A stretch of DNA of 64,000 nt, taken from assembly GCA_964036045.1 (NCBI GenBank), contig OZ038378.1:125178001-125242000 (forward strand). Reading direction: 5' to 3'. Position 1 is the stretch's first letter. Each line of letters begins with the position of its first letter. The position numbers were made by a program, and so were the translations under genes. The stretch comes from Eutreptiella sp. 'Long Island Sound 2002'. Lineage: Eukaryota > Protista > Euglenida. The notes beneath the pieces were generated by a model. That model was not told the DNA's origin. It was given only the letters and a program-made list of their open reading frames with translations, and did no database searches. Positions 11,171-22,699 of the stretch are shown here, in pieces.

Positions 11171-12049
11171 AGATTCCTGTCTAGGGAGCTGGTGGGTGCA
11201 GTGGCACTCCCACGCCTGCAGGTGGCTGGCACGCAGGGAGTGGGGGCTGACGTTGGGTTCGTAAACGCAGGCGTCCGGTGAGAAGCTCAGGAGGGTGCCG
11301 CCGTATGGTGTGTGTGGGGGGGTTGGTAGCTGGTGGGCTGAAAAAAGCGGGTAACTGCAGGAGCCGGGGAACAGCCAGTTCAGGAGTGCGGAAAAGTTCT
11401 GGTCGGACCGCGCTGATGGGGGTTGGAGCACGAATTCGGGGTCTTGTGAGTCTCGAAGCCTGAAATGTTCCGTGGCCTGCTGTGCCGGGAAGGCAACTTC
11501 AGCCGACGTGGCTGATGTGTCGTCGACCCTTCCCAGGTACATATCACATTCATTCGCTCCATTGCCAGTGGTGTTAGCCCATACCGGTTCATGAACCTGT
11601 AGTTTGTGGGGGAGAGCCGGGCTCCATCGGCCCAGGGAGTTAGACGGAAGGCCCAGCCCCTGGACTGCGTCTAGTACAGTGTCCTGGAGGGGGAAACGCT
11701 GTGGGGTCATCAGGAGGTCCCTGACAGCCTGGCAGATGTCTGGAGGGCCATCTCCGTTCAGGTAGCGAATGGCAGAGTTCACTGTGTCCTCAAGGACAGC
11801 GTAATAGAAATCGCTGCTCGGAAGTCCACCTTTTTTGCGGGGGGTGTAATTATCTTTTCGAGAGAGCTTAGCGGTAAACCAAGAGAACTTCCCTGGGTGC
11901 CTGAGATGTGCCCAGATTTGGCTCTGGAGACGTTTGAGCTGACTAAGAGGGATGGGGTCGGCCATTAGGCGATACCTGAGAGCGGGGATGAGCTGAACGC
12001 TGGCTAGCCGTATGGGCTCCGAGAGGGTGGGGGAGAGGGTCTGGAGCAC

Positions 12050-12900
12050 GGCGAAAAAGTTGCGTATTTCCCGGGCGATGAGGTCCTGAGTATGGGTCTG
12101 CTGATTCTTGGTGTAAATATATACACGCAAGTATTTGTAGACGGTGTGCGGTAACCCTGTGTGTTTGTTCAAGGTGGAGAGAGGGGGGCCTGTGCTGGTG
12201 GAGAAGTCTCTCTGTCGGGCGTCACCCATGGCGTGCACCTCGGTCTTGTCCAGGTTCATGTCTAGCTCCCACTGGCGTCCTACGGTGTCGAAAAACCCCA
12301 GGATGGATTGGATGTGAGGCGGGCATGTCGACCGAAAAAAAAGGGCGTCGGTGAAAGCTTGTGAGGTGTGAGTGGAGCCAGGGGGAGGGGGGGGGGCATG
12401 GGCAGATAGCGCAAAGAGGAGCACGTTCAGGTAGAGGACGAAGGGTAGGGGGAAGAGTGGGCTTCCCTGCCGAAGGCCGCTGGTCTGGAACCGAGAAGTG
12501 TAGTTGTGGCCCTCCACCAGGGGATAGTCTGCGGGGTAGCTGTACAACATACGCAGGAGATTTGTTAGGGAGGGGGGGGGATTCCCATGTGGGCAAGGAC
12601 CCGCAACATGGTGGGTTGGGGGACGCTGTTAAAGGCCTTATGAAAATCAATGTATCAGCTATATGATTGTGGAATGTTTTCGAACATAGCGATAAGGTGG
12701 AAGATGTGGTCGGCTGTTCTGCGGTTTTGCGGGCCCCGAAGTTGGGAGGCCATGTTCCCGAGTAATCTGGGACAAGTGGATGGTGGAGTTGCTGGCAATA
12801 ATTTTGTAGACGGTGCTCAAGAGTGCCATTGGACGGTAGTTAGACGGGAACTTGGGGTCGCCCTTCTTGTACAAGAGAACAAAGTGGGCTTCAAGTCATT
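12050..12900 (-). pseudogene. LINE reverse transcriptase (frameshifted; catalytic DD degenerate)
   Basis: YKKGDPKFPSNYRPMALLS, GLRQGSPLFPLPFVLYLNVL, QAFTDALFF (YxDD position), MNLDKTEV and YKYLRV. Confidence 0.88.
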
Positions 12901-13649
12901 TCGGGGGGATGGGGGATGATAGATGTAGGTTGCACTCTTTCCAAATGAAGGGTTGAACGGACTCGGGTGGCGCCCAAAAATTGTATGCGTTGGTTGTGTT
13001 GTTACCCCCCGCCTTATTTGGTTTTGCACTGCAGAGGTACTTTCGGAACTGGGGCCATGTGATAGCGGAGAGTGGCTGGTTGATGATGTTTTGGGGGCAC
13101 TGGGGGGTGTGTCGTAGCAGGTCCTGTACCAGCGTGTCTGGAGGAAGGTAGTCTGGGTGGTCGCCAAGGTGCAGCAACGTGTCTGAGAAGATCCGGGAGA
13201 CTTCCTTCAGGTCTGTAGTTCTCCTACCTGGCTGAGAGGGGCATTTCGATAGCGAGGGTAGCAGGATCAGACAGCGGAGCGCCGCAAAGAGACTTTGTTT
13301 GACGCGGCTGCAGCGGACCAAGCACCGGTGAACCTTTGTGTTGCGCGCGGACTCTGCCGCCTTGACACAGCGTTTTACCTCGTCGCTGGCCTTCGCCATT
13401 GGAGTTTGAAAAGATGGGGAGGAAGGGGGAGGAAGGGAGGCCAGAGCTGCGTTCAGTTGAAGGGCTTCCCTTCTAGGACGGGATTCCTTGATGGCAGTAA
13501 TATCGAGGAAGAACCCTGCAACCTCGTGGAAAACGTGGTCTTTGAGCCCTTGGACTTCACTCAGGGGCAAATACCCGGGGTGTGGGGTCACGGAGTTGCA
13601 CCGATCCGCTAAGGGCTGAAGGAGTGAGGTGAATCGCCGGGCCTCTGCA

Positions 13650-14450
13650 GCTTTGCGGCGGCAGAAAGGCCGCGCTTCAATGTTGGCTGGTCTCGAAAGG
13701 GGATCTCAAGGGGGCGGGCTGAGGCGTGAAACTCCACGGGCTGGTGCTTGGTAGACTTATCTCCAGTGACGATCTTTGATGAACTGGGGTTGACCTTTCT
13801 TGATGCTGGGGGAGAGTAAAAGATCATGTCGATGCGAGACTCGCTAGAGTGGGTCGCCGGGGGGTATCACGTGTTTTGTCGAGTCGTGGGGTTGAAGCAG
13901 CGGTAAGCATCTATCAGTTTGGGGGGGCTGGAGGTCACTTTGGAACCCAGCCAGTCCTAAGGGGTGCCGCTGCATATGTTGTGGCCATCAACAGAGGGCA
14001 TGATCATGGTGTTAAAATCACCTCCCAAAATGTGGACCGGGTGTTTTAGAAGGAGGGGCTGGAGCGTGTGCTGGACTGCGTTACGGCGCCAATCCGTTTG
14101 CGCCCGCAAGCTCTTATATGGTGCGTAGACGCCTGAAACTAGCACTGGCTGGGCGCCCGGGAGGTGAAGGAGGGCTGCAGCGACCAAGCGTTCTTTGTCT
14201 GGGTGGGGCACTGGCTCAACGAATGGGCGTAGCCTGGGTAAAAAAATCAAACAAGCCCTGTGTTCATGGCGCTTGGGAACATTGGCGATTACGCCCGCGC
14301 GGTTGGCGCCCATGGAAAAGCTTTGGGGGACAAGAGGCTTTTCATTTAATTCCTGTGGGAGGAGCACATCGTAGCCTTGACGGAGCCGGCGCAAAATATC
14401 TGAGGTGGGCGGCTGTTTGGCGATGTTATGAGTGAGAAGTTTGGGGGTTG
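13650..14450 (-). pseudogene. Apurinic-like (APE) endonuclease
   Basis: LLTHNI, DVLLPQEL, VSGVYAP, ILGGDFN, ESRIDMIFYS and TKHQPV (SDH-equivalent) motifs. Confidence 0.88.
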
Positions 14451-15068
14451 TCAGGAGTGGGGTGACCGCCTTCAATGGCTTTTAATATGCCATCGGTTGT
14501 TGTGGCGCCAGTCGCGGGGGGTTGGGGACTGAGGGCTAGAGGGCATGCATACCAGGAGCATCTCCTGGAGGAGGCAGATTGGAGCGCGACTGCATCAGGT
14601 GTACGGCCGTTGCGGAACCAGGCATTGGTGTGTGTTGAAATTGCATTCACGTGTGAAGATACTCCGGCGCTCGAACCAAGCATCGCGTTGCACGGGGTTT
14701 GCACGTGAAGGAGTTGGCTCGACGTATTGCCCAATGACAGACACCCGGTTGGTGCCAAGAGGGCGTGTGGAAAATTCTCACCGGAGGCTCCTCCCGGGCA
14801 GCTAGGAACAGCATTCAGCAGGGAGACCATATCCCCGCGAGGAGCATCCTTTGTAGCCGGCCGGGTGCGCACATCATTACATAGTGTGTTGGCCTGAGAA
14901 CCAGGAAGTGTGCACTGTGCGTTTGGGGGTGGGCGTGGTGAGTGTGGAGCAGAGAGGCTGCTAGGGCGCTTGGGACCTCAGTCTCAGATCGGCACTCCGT
15001 GAGACCTATGCCTTTACCTCGTCGCCCGCCGAAATATCATGGTGTGTCGTTTCTTGGGGATGCACGCA

Positions 15069-15620
15069 TCACAGAACAATGTAATGGCGCGTTGACCTTG
15101 GGATTTCTTCGCCCTTCACCAAGTCGGCGCCTACCCAGATAACAAAGTGTGCAAACTTCTGACAGGAATGTGCAGTGATGACGAGAGCACAGTGTGCTTG
15201 CATGTATACGGAGTGGGTTGGGTAGCGGCACCCATTCGGGATAAACAGGATGGTGGCACACCTTCCCATAGACACAATCCCTACAAATGTGCCCAATCCC
15301 TTATCGTCGACATGAGCTCCGATGCCAACTGAGGGGGCGTATGCGTTTGCCGATATTTGGTTCATGGCCGGTGGTGTCACATCCGGACACAATTGCTGAC
15401 CCATCGCTATGAGGTAATCGCTTTTGGGGCGGCATGCATCAGGGAGAGGAGGGCCACGCCCCACTATTCGCCCTTTTCTATCAGGCTCAAACCCAAAGTC
15501 GCGTTTGTGCCTTTTCGGAGATATGTCGCAGCTTCTTGGGGATTTGTGGATGGAGTCAAGGCAGGCTTGAAGCTCTAGCTCCTGAAATGCACTTTCTTGC
15601 ATGAAGAGTCCGGGGATGTC
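15069..15620 (-). pseudogene. AlkB-family 2OG-Fe(II) dioxygenase domain
   Basis: IPGLF...KRHKRDFGF...NQISANAYAPSVGIGAHVDDKGLGTFVGIVSMG...FAHFV...PRSTRHYIVL*. Contains HxD, distal H and RxxxxxR, where the last Arg is probably CGA>TGA (inference). Confidence 0.85.
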
Positions 15621-15899
15621 TTTGGCATCCTGCACTAAGGGTTCGGGGGCGTCAAGGGGTGGTGCCACAAGAGCTTCCTCTCCTGTTTCTGGCGGTGCCG
15701 AAGCGAGCAGGTCCACCCTTTGTGCCGGAGTCGTATCCGTTGAAGCTGCTTTCTTTTGTGCATCCATGACTTTGAGCCCTGCGAGGATGAGTCCAAGGCC
15801 CTACCAGCTCGAATGGCCTTGACCACGTCCCGGTCCTCCTCGCCGTTGTCAATTTGTTCCGCCTAGAGTAGGGAGGCACGAAGCGTGGGGTTGGGGACC

Positions 15900-17820
15900 T
15901 CGCGCTTAGTCTGAACACTGGCAGAGAAAAAATCTTGGGCTATCGCGCAAGAGCGCTCGTGCACAAAAGTAACTCGGTGGAGTGTCTCCGTGCTTGACAC
16001 GGGGTCGATCGTGTCCCACGCCTCCCACACCCAGCAAAAAGACCATCACTTGTACATTCAGGAGCAGCTGGTCTCTTGGAGAAGCCACTTCAACGGTTCG
16101 CTGTTGCGGAGCCGCCGCCTTTCCGCGCGGTTTAGGCCACGGGGCCCGGGGGCTAACCGTGGATAGATGCGCCGCGAGCATTCCTTTGCTTTCCCAAAAC
16201 TGCACTAGCGCACTAGAAGCTCCTTGGAACATCACGAGGCCGGTGTCAAAAAAGAGCGACTTGGTCAAAGGCTTCATTGGGGAGTGGTTTCAACCTTTGC
16301 AGTGTCTAAGACACATAGCGCGCCCGTTGTGTTTTTTAAACCGGCACCGAGGAGCCCACATTGTTTACCTTCGTTCGACCGGGCGATGATGTTGTGGAAT
16401 TCGACGGCATCTGCATCCTTGTGGTCCCTTTGCAAGTCACGGTTAGGGACAAGTTGAAGCGTATTGGGGGCACCAAGGTCGGAAAGCCGTATAGCATACA
16501 GCATACCATTGGCAAAGTGCGTAGATTTTATGACCATCATAATCACTTTGGTCGCAAGGGAATGGGGCATGGACAATTCAAATCTGGTGAACTCCGAATG
16601 AGGAGACTTCCGCACTTTTCTACCACCCATTGGGTAGTGCGCGTTGCGCGGGTTCACGGAGGCCGTGTCCGATAGGCCACCAAACCACCGGCTGATCATA
16701 CATTGAAAGGCCCTTGAGTCCTCATTCTTAAATTGAACCGATTGGAACGGGTTGGAGGTAGTGGATGCTAATAATGCCAATTTTTCAACATGAAACGACT
16801 TCAATATTTTGTGGTGCGCGTCAAATCTCACAATGCTAACCGACTTTTCAATGAGGCGGCCAATTTTTGCCTTCTCAAGACCCCAATTCAGCGGGCGGGA
16901 GCCTAGTGGATGGTTTTCAAAAAATATGGGGTCTTGAGCCGACTTGGTTGAGTCAAGGAAAAGGGCTACTAGAGGCATGTCGGAGACATAGCCTTCCGAG
17001 ATTTGCACCGAGCCATTGCGGGCGGCCGCTCGTTGGGGGGCCACTTGATGAAAAACATGGACCTCGGGGATCCAGTTTTTTAAAATGATGGCCGGCCCCG
17101 AGGCGATCATTAGGTACATGCGCGCAAAGATGCTTTTATCCTACCCGCAGACTATCATCCAGCCTTTAACCCGTGTTTGCGCTTACTCAAACGTCCCCTT
17201 AAAGTTAACAATCCATTTACTCGTGGAAGCGAGGGTGGGAGAAGCGTCCTTTTGATCGACAAACAGGCACAAGCAAGAGGAGGAGTCCAGGTCAAAATGT
17301 GATGCCCATGTTGTGAGAGGAGAGTGACATGGTGTCAAATGAGAGCATTTTGTGTCATTTGTGTTGAGGCCGGTAAGGACATTGAGGAGACCACTGGCGT
17401 CGAAGTCCACTTGTTGAAGAGGATTTGCCTCATTGCCACCGGGGGGCCGAATTGTTGGAGGTCTGCTACTCCTTGATCGTTAATATCAAGCACGTATTTG
17501 GCGGCGGCTGTCTCCCTTTTGCGGTCGGGGAGTTGGAAGACCTGTTGGGCGAAGTGAGTGGTGCCTTGGAAAGGGCTGATTGTCCGCAGATTGTTATTGT
17601 TTGACGTATCTGGAGTCGTTGAGTTTGCTTGGAGCTCAAAGAAGCGACACATTCTAGTCGGCGGGTGTGGTAATTGGTGAATCTCGGCCTGGATTTGAGA
17701 GTATGATGCCTCGGATTTATCGAAATGATGAATTCGGGCAAAGATCGACAGGATTAAGATCTGCATCCCAAATTGATGGATTGGAATGGACAATTTCTGT
17801 TTATCCAATCCCAGCGGCAA
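15900..17820 (-). pseudogene. LINE ORF1-like remnants (frameshifted)
   Basis: Consecutive non-low-complexity ORFs 17335-17820, 17183-17410, 16274-17119 and 15906-16277 between the SL exon and AlkB. No domain identified with confidence. Confidence 0.5.
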
Positions 17821-17837
17821 AAAAGTAATGATGAAAT

Positions 17838-17864
17838 CGAAAAAAAAATAGACACTCAGAAAGT
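17838..17864 (-). other. Euglenid spliced-leader exon copy (retroposed; not an SL RNA gene)
   Basis: Minus strand reads ACTTTCTGAGTGTCTATTTTTTTTTCG, matching the Euglena SL exon as I recall it (ACUUUCUGAGUGUCUAUUUUUUUUCG) with one extra T. It is followed by ATTTC, not a GT donor. Confidence 0.85.
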
Positions 17865-18060
17865 GTCGCAGCCCCAGGCCTGAAGGTCTTGCTCGCGGAG
17901 GGTATGAGCGGAGAGTGGTACACTGTACTCATACCCATTGAGGGAGGAGGAGAGGAGCGGGCCCTGAAAGGGAGGGGAGGGGAGGGGTTTGTCCACCGTG
18001 GGCTGGAAAGACTGGCGAAAAAGCTTGCTGACGTGAGTAAGGCGGGGGGCAGCCAAGAGT
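17865..18060 (-). pseudogene. Fragment of a related LINE ORF2 (pre-RNase H region) into which the SL-LINE inserted
   Basis: PLPSPPFQGPLLSSSLNGYEYSVPLSAHTLREQDLQAWGCD aligns by eye to PTPPHTPYGGTLLSFSPDACVYEPNVSPHSLRASHLQAWECH at ~11200-11330. Confidence 0.65.
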
Positions 18061-18549
18061 GGCTGTTTGTGGAATTCTGGTTATGGGGCAAAAAGCGGGG
18101 TGTGTGTTGTGAAGTAAGAGTCGTGCCCCAAGATGGCGATTTGTTCTCTGCCATAGGAAGAATTGAAATACTTGTTTGCGGGGTGCAATCGCGTGTCTCG
18201 TACCGTTTTTTCATGCATGGGGGGGGGCGCAATTCAAGCCCCCAGTAGAGCGAACCCAGATTGGCTGTCCTGGTGAGAGGTGTTGGGGGAGGAAAAGGCT
18301 CCGGGGACCCAGTGAGTTGCAGCGCAGCCCCAGTCCCTAGACGTGAGCCTTGTAGCCCAAGATACGGCCCGTGCTTGGCTTCGGGGTGTTGGTGCACATT
18401 GCTCGGATTTTGGGGCTTTTTGGCGTTTTTTTCGGCCGTTTTTTGGTCACATGGAGGAATTGAAGGGCACCAGAGAGCTTTTTGCCAATGTGAAGTCAAG
18501 CCGCACGTGTAATGTAGCCACTGGTGCCCTTCCTTTGGGCTCTTTGCTT

Positions 18550-18850
18550 TGAAAATGGGATGTTTTGGGACCAAAAATCGGTCAAAGATGGATGAAAACG
18601 GCATATTTCCAAAAGTGATCCCGGACAATTTGGAATGCAAAAACAAGTAATTTCAGCCCATTTAGAGCCCGTGGTGACACATTTTCACCAATGGAAAATC
18701 CCAATATGTCTTGAAAAGGGGCCTTTTTGGAAGCAATCATCGGTGAGCAATGGGTCAAAAACGCGTTTTTCCAAACCTGACCTGAATCCCTTCGGGGTGC
18801 ACCAAAAAAATTGATTCAGCCCGTTATGAGCAATATTTGACCGACTTTAG
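18550..18850 (+). repeat. ~162-bp satellite-like repeat, block 1
   Basis: GGACCAAAAAT(G/C)GGTCAAAA...CCAAAAGTGATCC...AAACAAGT...AGCCC units with a period of about 162 bp. Confidence 0.7.
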
Positions 18851-19589
18851 CCCCTTCCACTACGTGTATACACCGTATGGTTGAGCCAGCTAGAGTCGGG
18901 GAGAGGGGTGTAGATAAGAGGATCCCTATTACTACTTCCCTCTCCCCTTAAATCTAGCTAACAAGCAACAAGCAGGCAACAAGCAACAAGCAACCACTTC
19001 TCCGTTTTGTTTTGACCATTGCTGGGCCTCATCGCTCCAGGCTCTACCCTACTCTGGCCATCCTGGGGCCCAGGTGATGGCCTGGCAAACTCCACATTTT
19101 GGGCGAAAAAATCACCGGTGGTGCTCCAGGGCGGGGGCGCCAAGTTGGGAGGTGCCCTCCCAAAAATGCGCAGTTTCTGCCCCCAAATAGGCCTTTTTTT
19201 GGCCCAAAACAGCCCTGAAACCCAGTTGAAAGAGACAAACGAAGGGAAAGGGTTGCTACAGTGCACGTGTGCATCCGGTGCTCCATGACCAAGAGCCCCT
19301 TCTTGCATTCCAGTCCGACAATACGTCCCAAAACCGCCCCCAAAATGGCTGGCATGTGCGAGGTTTGTGTCAAACAGGCCCAAAACCAAGAACGGGCCGC
19401 ATCTTGGGCTATGTGCCTCAGAAACGGAATTCCAAAGGCAGCTATTGCACTTGCAACCCCCTACATTTTGTGGTTTTCAAGCTTCAGCATCGCCAAACGA
19501 GGCGCCTAGGCCCCCATACCAGTGGTCGCTTGGTGGGGTCTGAGGGCAGCACACCCCGTGCACAGTTGGGGCCAACGGTGGGTCCACCG

Positions 19590-20180
19590 GTGTCCCAGGG
19601 GCGAAAAATATGACTTTTTTTTCGAAGCGGTTCCCAGACCACTTGGAATGCTCCAATCAATGATTTTATGCCGTTTTGAGCACGTGGTGGCGCGTTATAG
19701 GACATGGAAATTCCCAAAATGCTTTGCAAATGGGCTGTTTTAAGACCAAGAATGGGTCAAAAATGGGTCAAAAACACACTTTTTCAAAAGTGACCTTGGT
19801 GCATATGGGATGCTGAAACAAGTGTTTTTACCCCATTTTGAGCCTAGGATGATGCGTTTTTGCCCATGGACAAGGCCAAAATGCCTTGAAAATGGGCCCT
19901 TGTGGGACAAAAAATGGGTAAAAAATTGGTCAGAAACGTGTTTTTCCACATCAGCCCATGGATGCATTGGAGATGCTCAGACAAGTGTTGTTAGCCCGTT
20001 TTGAGCCTGTACTGACGGGCTTTGGCCCATGGAGAATGCCAAACTTCCATCAAAATGGGCCTTTTTGAGACTGAGAACGGGTCAATGATGCGTCAAAAAC
20101 ACTCTGTTCCAAAAGTGATCATGGACCCTTTGGGGTGCACAGACAAGTGAAATGAGCCGCTTTTTGAGCCCCTTTAAAGC
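19590..20180 (+). repeat. ~162-bp satellite-like repeat, block 2 (about 3.5 copies)
   Basis: Unit starts near 19744, 19906 and 20068. Confidence 0.75.
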
Positions 20181-20349
20181 TACTTTGACGGCACCATGAG
20201 TGAGAATATCATTGAATAATGATCATCGTTGACCATTGTGATAGAGACCAGGGAGTTGTGATAGGGCAGTGGCGCAGTCCACATCAACGTGCTTTGTAGT
20301 TTGTGTGTATCCAGTAGCATATGGCTCATTACGGTAGTCTGTGGGAGCT

Positions 20350-21120
20350 CTCGTGCTTTATTATTGTGCCCTTTGCTCTTGTTCATCTGACTTGCAGTAC
20401 AGGTGTACTCTTAATGGAGTTACCCTCACGCTCACGCCATGTCTGATCAAGCGAGCAAGAGTTGCAGCAATAGTGTGGAGTCTTTGGCACAAGAGGGACG
20501 ACTAGTTTCTTGCCGTGGTTTGCCTTTTGTGTGCTTTGTTCTTTTGTGCCCTTTGCTCTTACCAATTGGACTTGTTTGCCGTTTGTGTGCTTTGTTCCCC
20601 TTTGCACTTTGCTCTGAGTGATGGAACTTGGAGCACAGATGTACTCTTACTGGAGTTACCTTCAGGTTCAAGTCACATCTAATCATGGTAGCTCGTACAA
20701 GATTGATGTGTAGTTCCTTGCCGCGTTTTGCCGTTTGTGTGCTTTGTTTTTCGTTGCCCTTTGCTCTTAGTGATTGTACTTGGGGTACAGGTGTACTCTC
20801 AACGGAGTTACCTTCACGTTCACGCCATGTCTAATCATGGGAGCAAGAGTTGCAACAAAAGTGTGGAGTGTTTGGTACAAGAGGAAAGAGTAGTTCCTTG
20901 CCGTGATTTGCCGTTTGTGTGCTTTGTTCCTCTGTGCCCTTTGCTCTTAGTGATTCAACTTGGAGTACAGGTGTACGCTTCACGGAGTTAACTTCACATT
21001 CACGCCATGTTCAATCATTGGTACAAGCGTTGCAATAATAGTGTGGAGTGTTTGGTACAAGAGGGAGGAGTAGTTCTTTGCCGTGTTCTGCTATTTGTGT
21101 GCGTTGTTATTCCAAGAGTA
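20350..21120 (+). repeat. Degenerate ~180-bp tandem repeat (further copy near 21570)
   Basis: CAGGTGTACTC...GGAGTTACC...CACGCCATGTC...GTGTGGAGT recurs at about 20400, 20636, 20788 and 20968. Confidence 0.75.
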
Positions 21121-21884
21121 CCAAAGGGAGAAGTGATAATTGGGCTTGGGTAACAGTGGGTAGGAATGGGGCTCATTCTTTGGGGAGGATGAGGCCCACC
21201 AACGCAAGCCAACACATCGCCATTGGATTGGGTTGGAGGCTGTACAAGTATAAGCGTTACCAGCATTGGGCAAACAAATCCAATTGTAGCTTGTCAATGA
21301 TGTATCTGCGCCTGTAACTTGTCACTTTGTTGTTTCAAACATATTGCCTCTTGTTACTCTCAGCAGCTGGACTTGGAGTAAAAGTTTCCTTCGTCAGCAG
21401 TACTTTGCAATTAAAGCCCAGTCCTCCTGATGGCGTTCATCTCATTTACAATCTTTTCCAGTAGCTAAGAGCTGCAACTCGATCCAATAACTAGCCTACA
21501 AGCGAGCAATGAAACACTTCTACATGTTGTGCCGCGTGTGCCATTTACTGTGAGCAATTCCACCAGATGTACAGGTGTACTCTTAAGTTACTTTCACCTT
21601 CATGCCATGTCTAATACTTGCGAGCAAGGGTTAGAACAATTTCTGTAAAGTGATTGGTACGAGACGAACAAGTAGTTGCCTCCCTTGCTGTGCCATTTCT
21701 TTGCCATGTTCCTCGAAGACTGCCAGAGGGTTAGGCTGTGTTGGGGTTAGCGTACATATACGTACGGAACCGGCTCTTTCTTAACGGACAAAAACGCCCA
21801 CCAACAACCAACTTGTACATAGGCAACTACCCTGATACCGCATGCTGAACCCACCTAGTACTCAGGAGAGGGCTGTAGATTAAA

Positions 21885-21931
21885 TGATATATATATATAT
21901 ATATATGTATATAGATATACATACATATATG

Positions 21932-21963
<32 letters not shown>

Positions 21964-21985
21964 CATGTATATATATCTATAACCA

Positions 21986-22027
<42 letters not shown>

Positions 22028-22042
22028 AATATATATACATAT
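21885..22042. repeat. (TA)n/(TATG)n microsatellite
   Basis: Directly visible. Confidence 0.95.
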
Positions 22043-22666
22043 GACATATCTTCGGCAGTGTATCCACAGTGGGGTTGGGTCAGAAGGACCCCCATGTGGA
22101 TATTTACCTACTCCCTGCCTATTTTTGTGTCAGAGAGCACAAGAACGTATGTTTTTGAAGTGAATTGGATGGTTTTTAGTGGGTATTTGTCGTTCTCAAG
22201 CGCTACAGTCGCTAAAATTAGGGTATGACATCACTGCTGGTAGCATCTTAACCAGAGTACTAAACATAGGTACACTTGTGGTACCAACCCCTATAACCTT
22301 TGACCAACCACCCCCAATAATAGTTTCAGGGACATCAGAATAGACAGGGGTATGTTTCAAATGCTGAATTAAAATGTCATTGGGTGTATATAGGGGTGGT
22401 GTTGGTGATTGTTATATATATATAGGATTTAGTGGTTGTTTCTTGGTACTCTGGGTAGGATCCTACCAGCAGTGATGTCATACCCTAATTTTAGCCATTT
22501 TGGCCATTTATAGCGGCGAATACTCACCAACAACCTCCCGATTCACTTGTAAAGCATGAGCGTTTGTGTTTACCGACCCCTAACTGGGGGGGGGTGTCCC
22601 TAGTCCTGCCCCAACGGGTGTAATTGTGACCCCACCCCCCTGTGGATACACTGCCGAAGATATGCC
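22043..22666. mobile_element. MITE/foldback element inserted in (TA)n
   Basis: TIR G(A/G)CATATCTTCGGCAGTGTATCCACAG at 22043-22069 and 22640-22666. A second internal inverted repeat at 22211-22260 and 22446-22495. TA repeats on both sides. Confidence 0.75.
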
Positions 22667-22699
22667 ATACATATATATATATATATACATATATATCTA

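Larger units (their letters stand above)
10200..17864 (-). mobile_element. APE-type non-LTR retrotransposon (LINE): SL exon, ORF1-like, AlkB, APE, RT, RNase H, Cys/His motif; degraded
   Basis: Colinear minus-strand domains as listed in the separate features. The 5' end coincides with the SL exon. The 3' end is not clearly defined (coding-like to ~10200) and no TSD was found. Confidence 0.85.

Noticed and set aside
17838-17864. SL RNA gene
   Set aside because: The exon is not followed by a GT donor or SL intron, and there is no tandem SL/5S context. Interpreted as a retroposed exon instead.
21855-22228. YIYIYI ORFs
   Set aside because: Translation of the (TA)n microsatellite.
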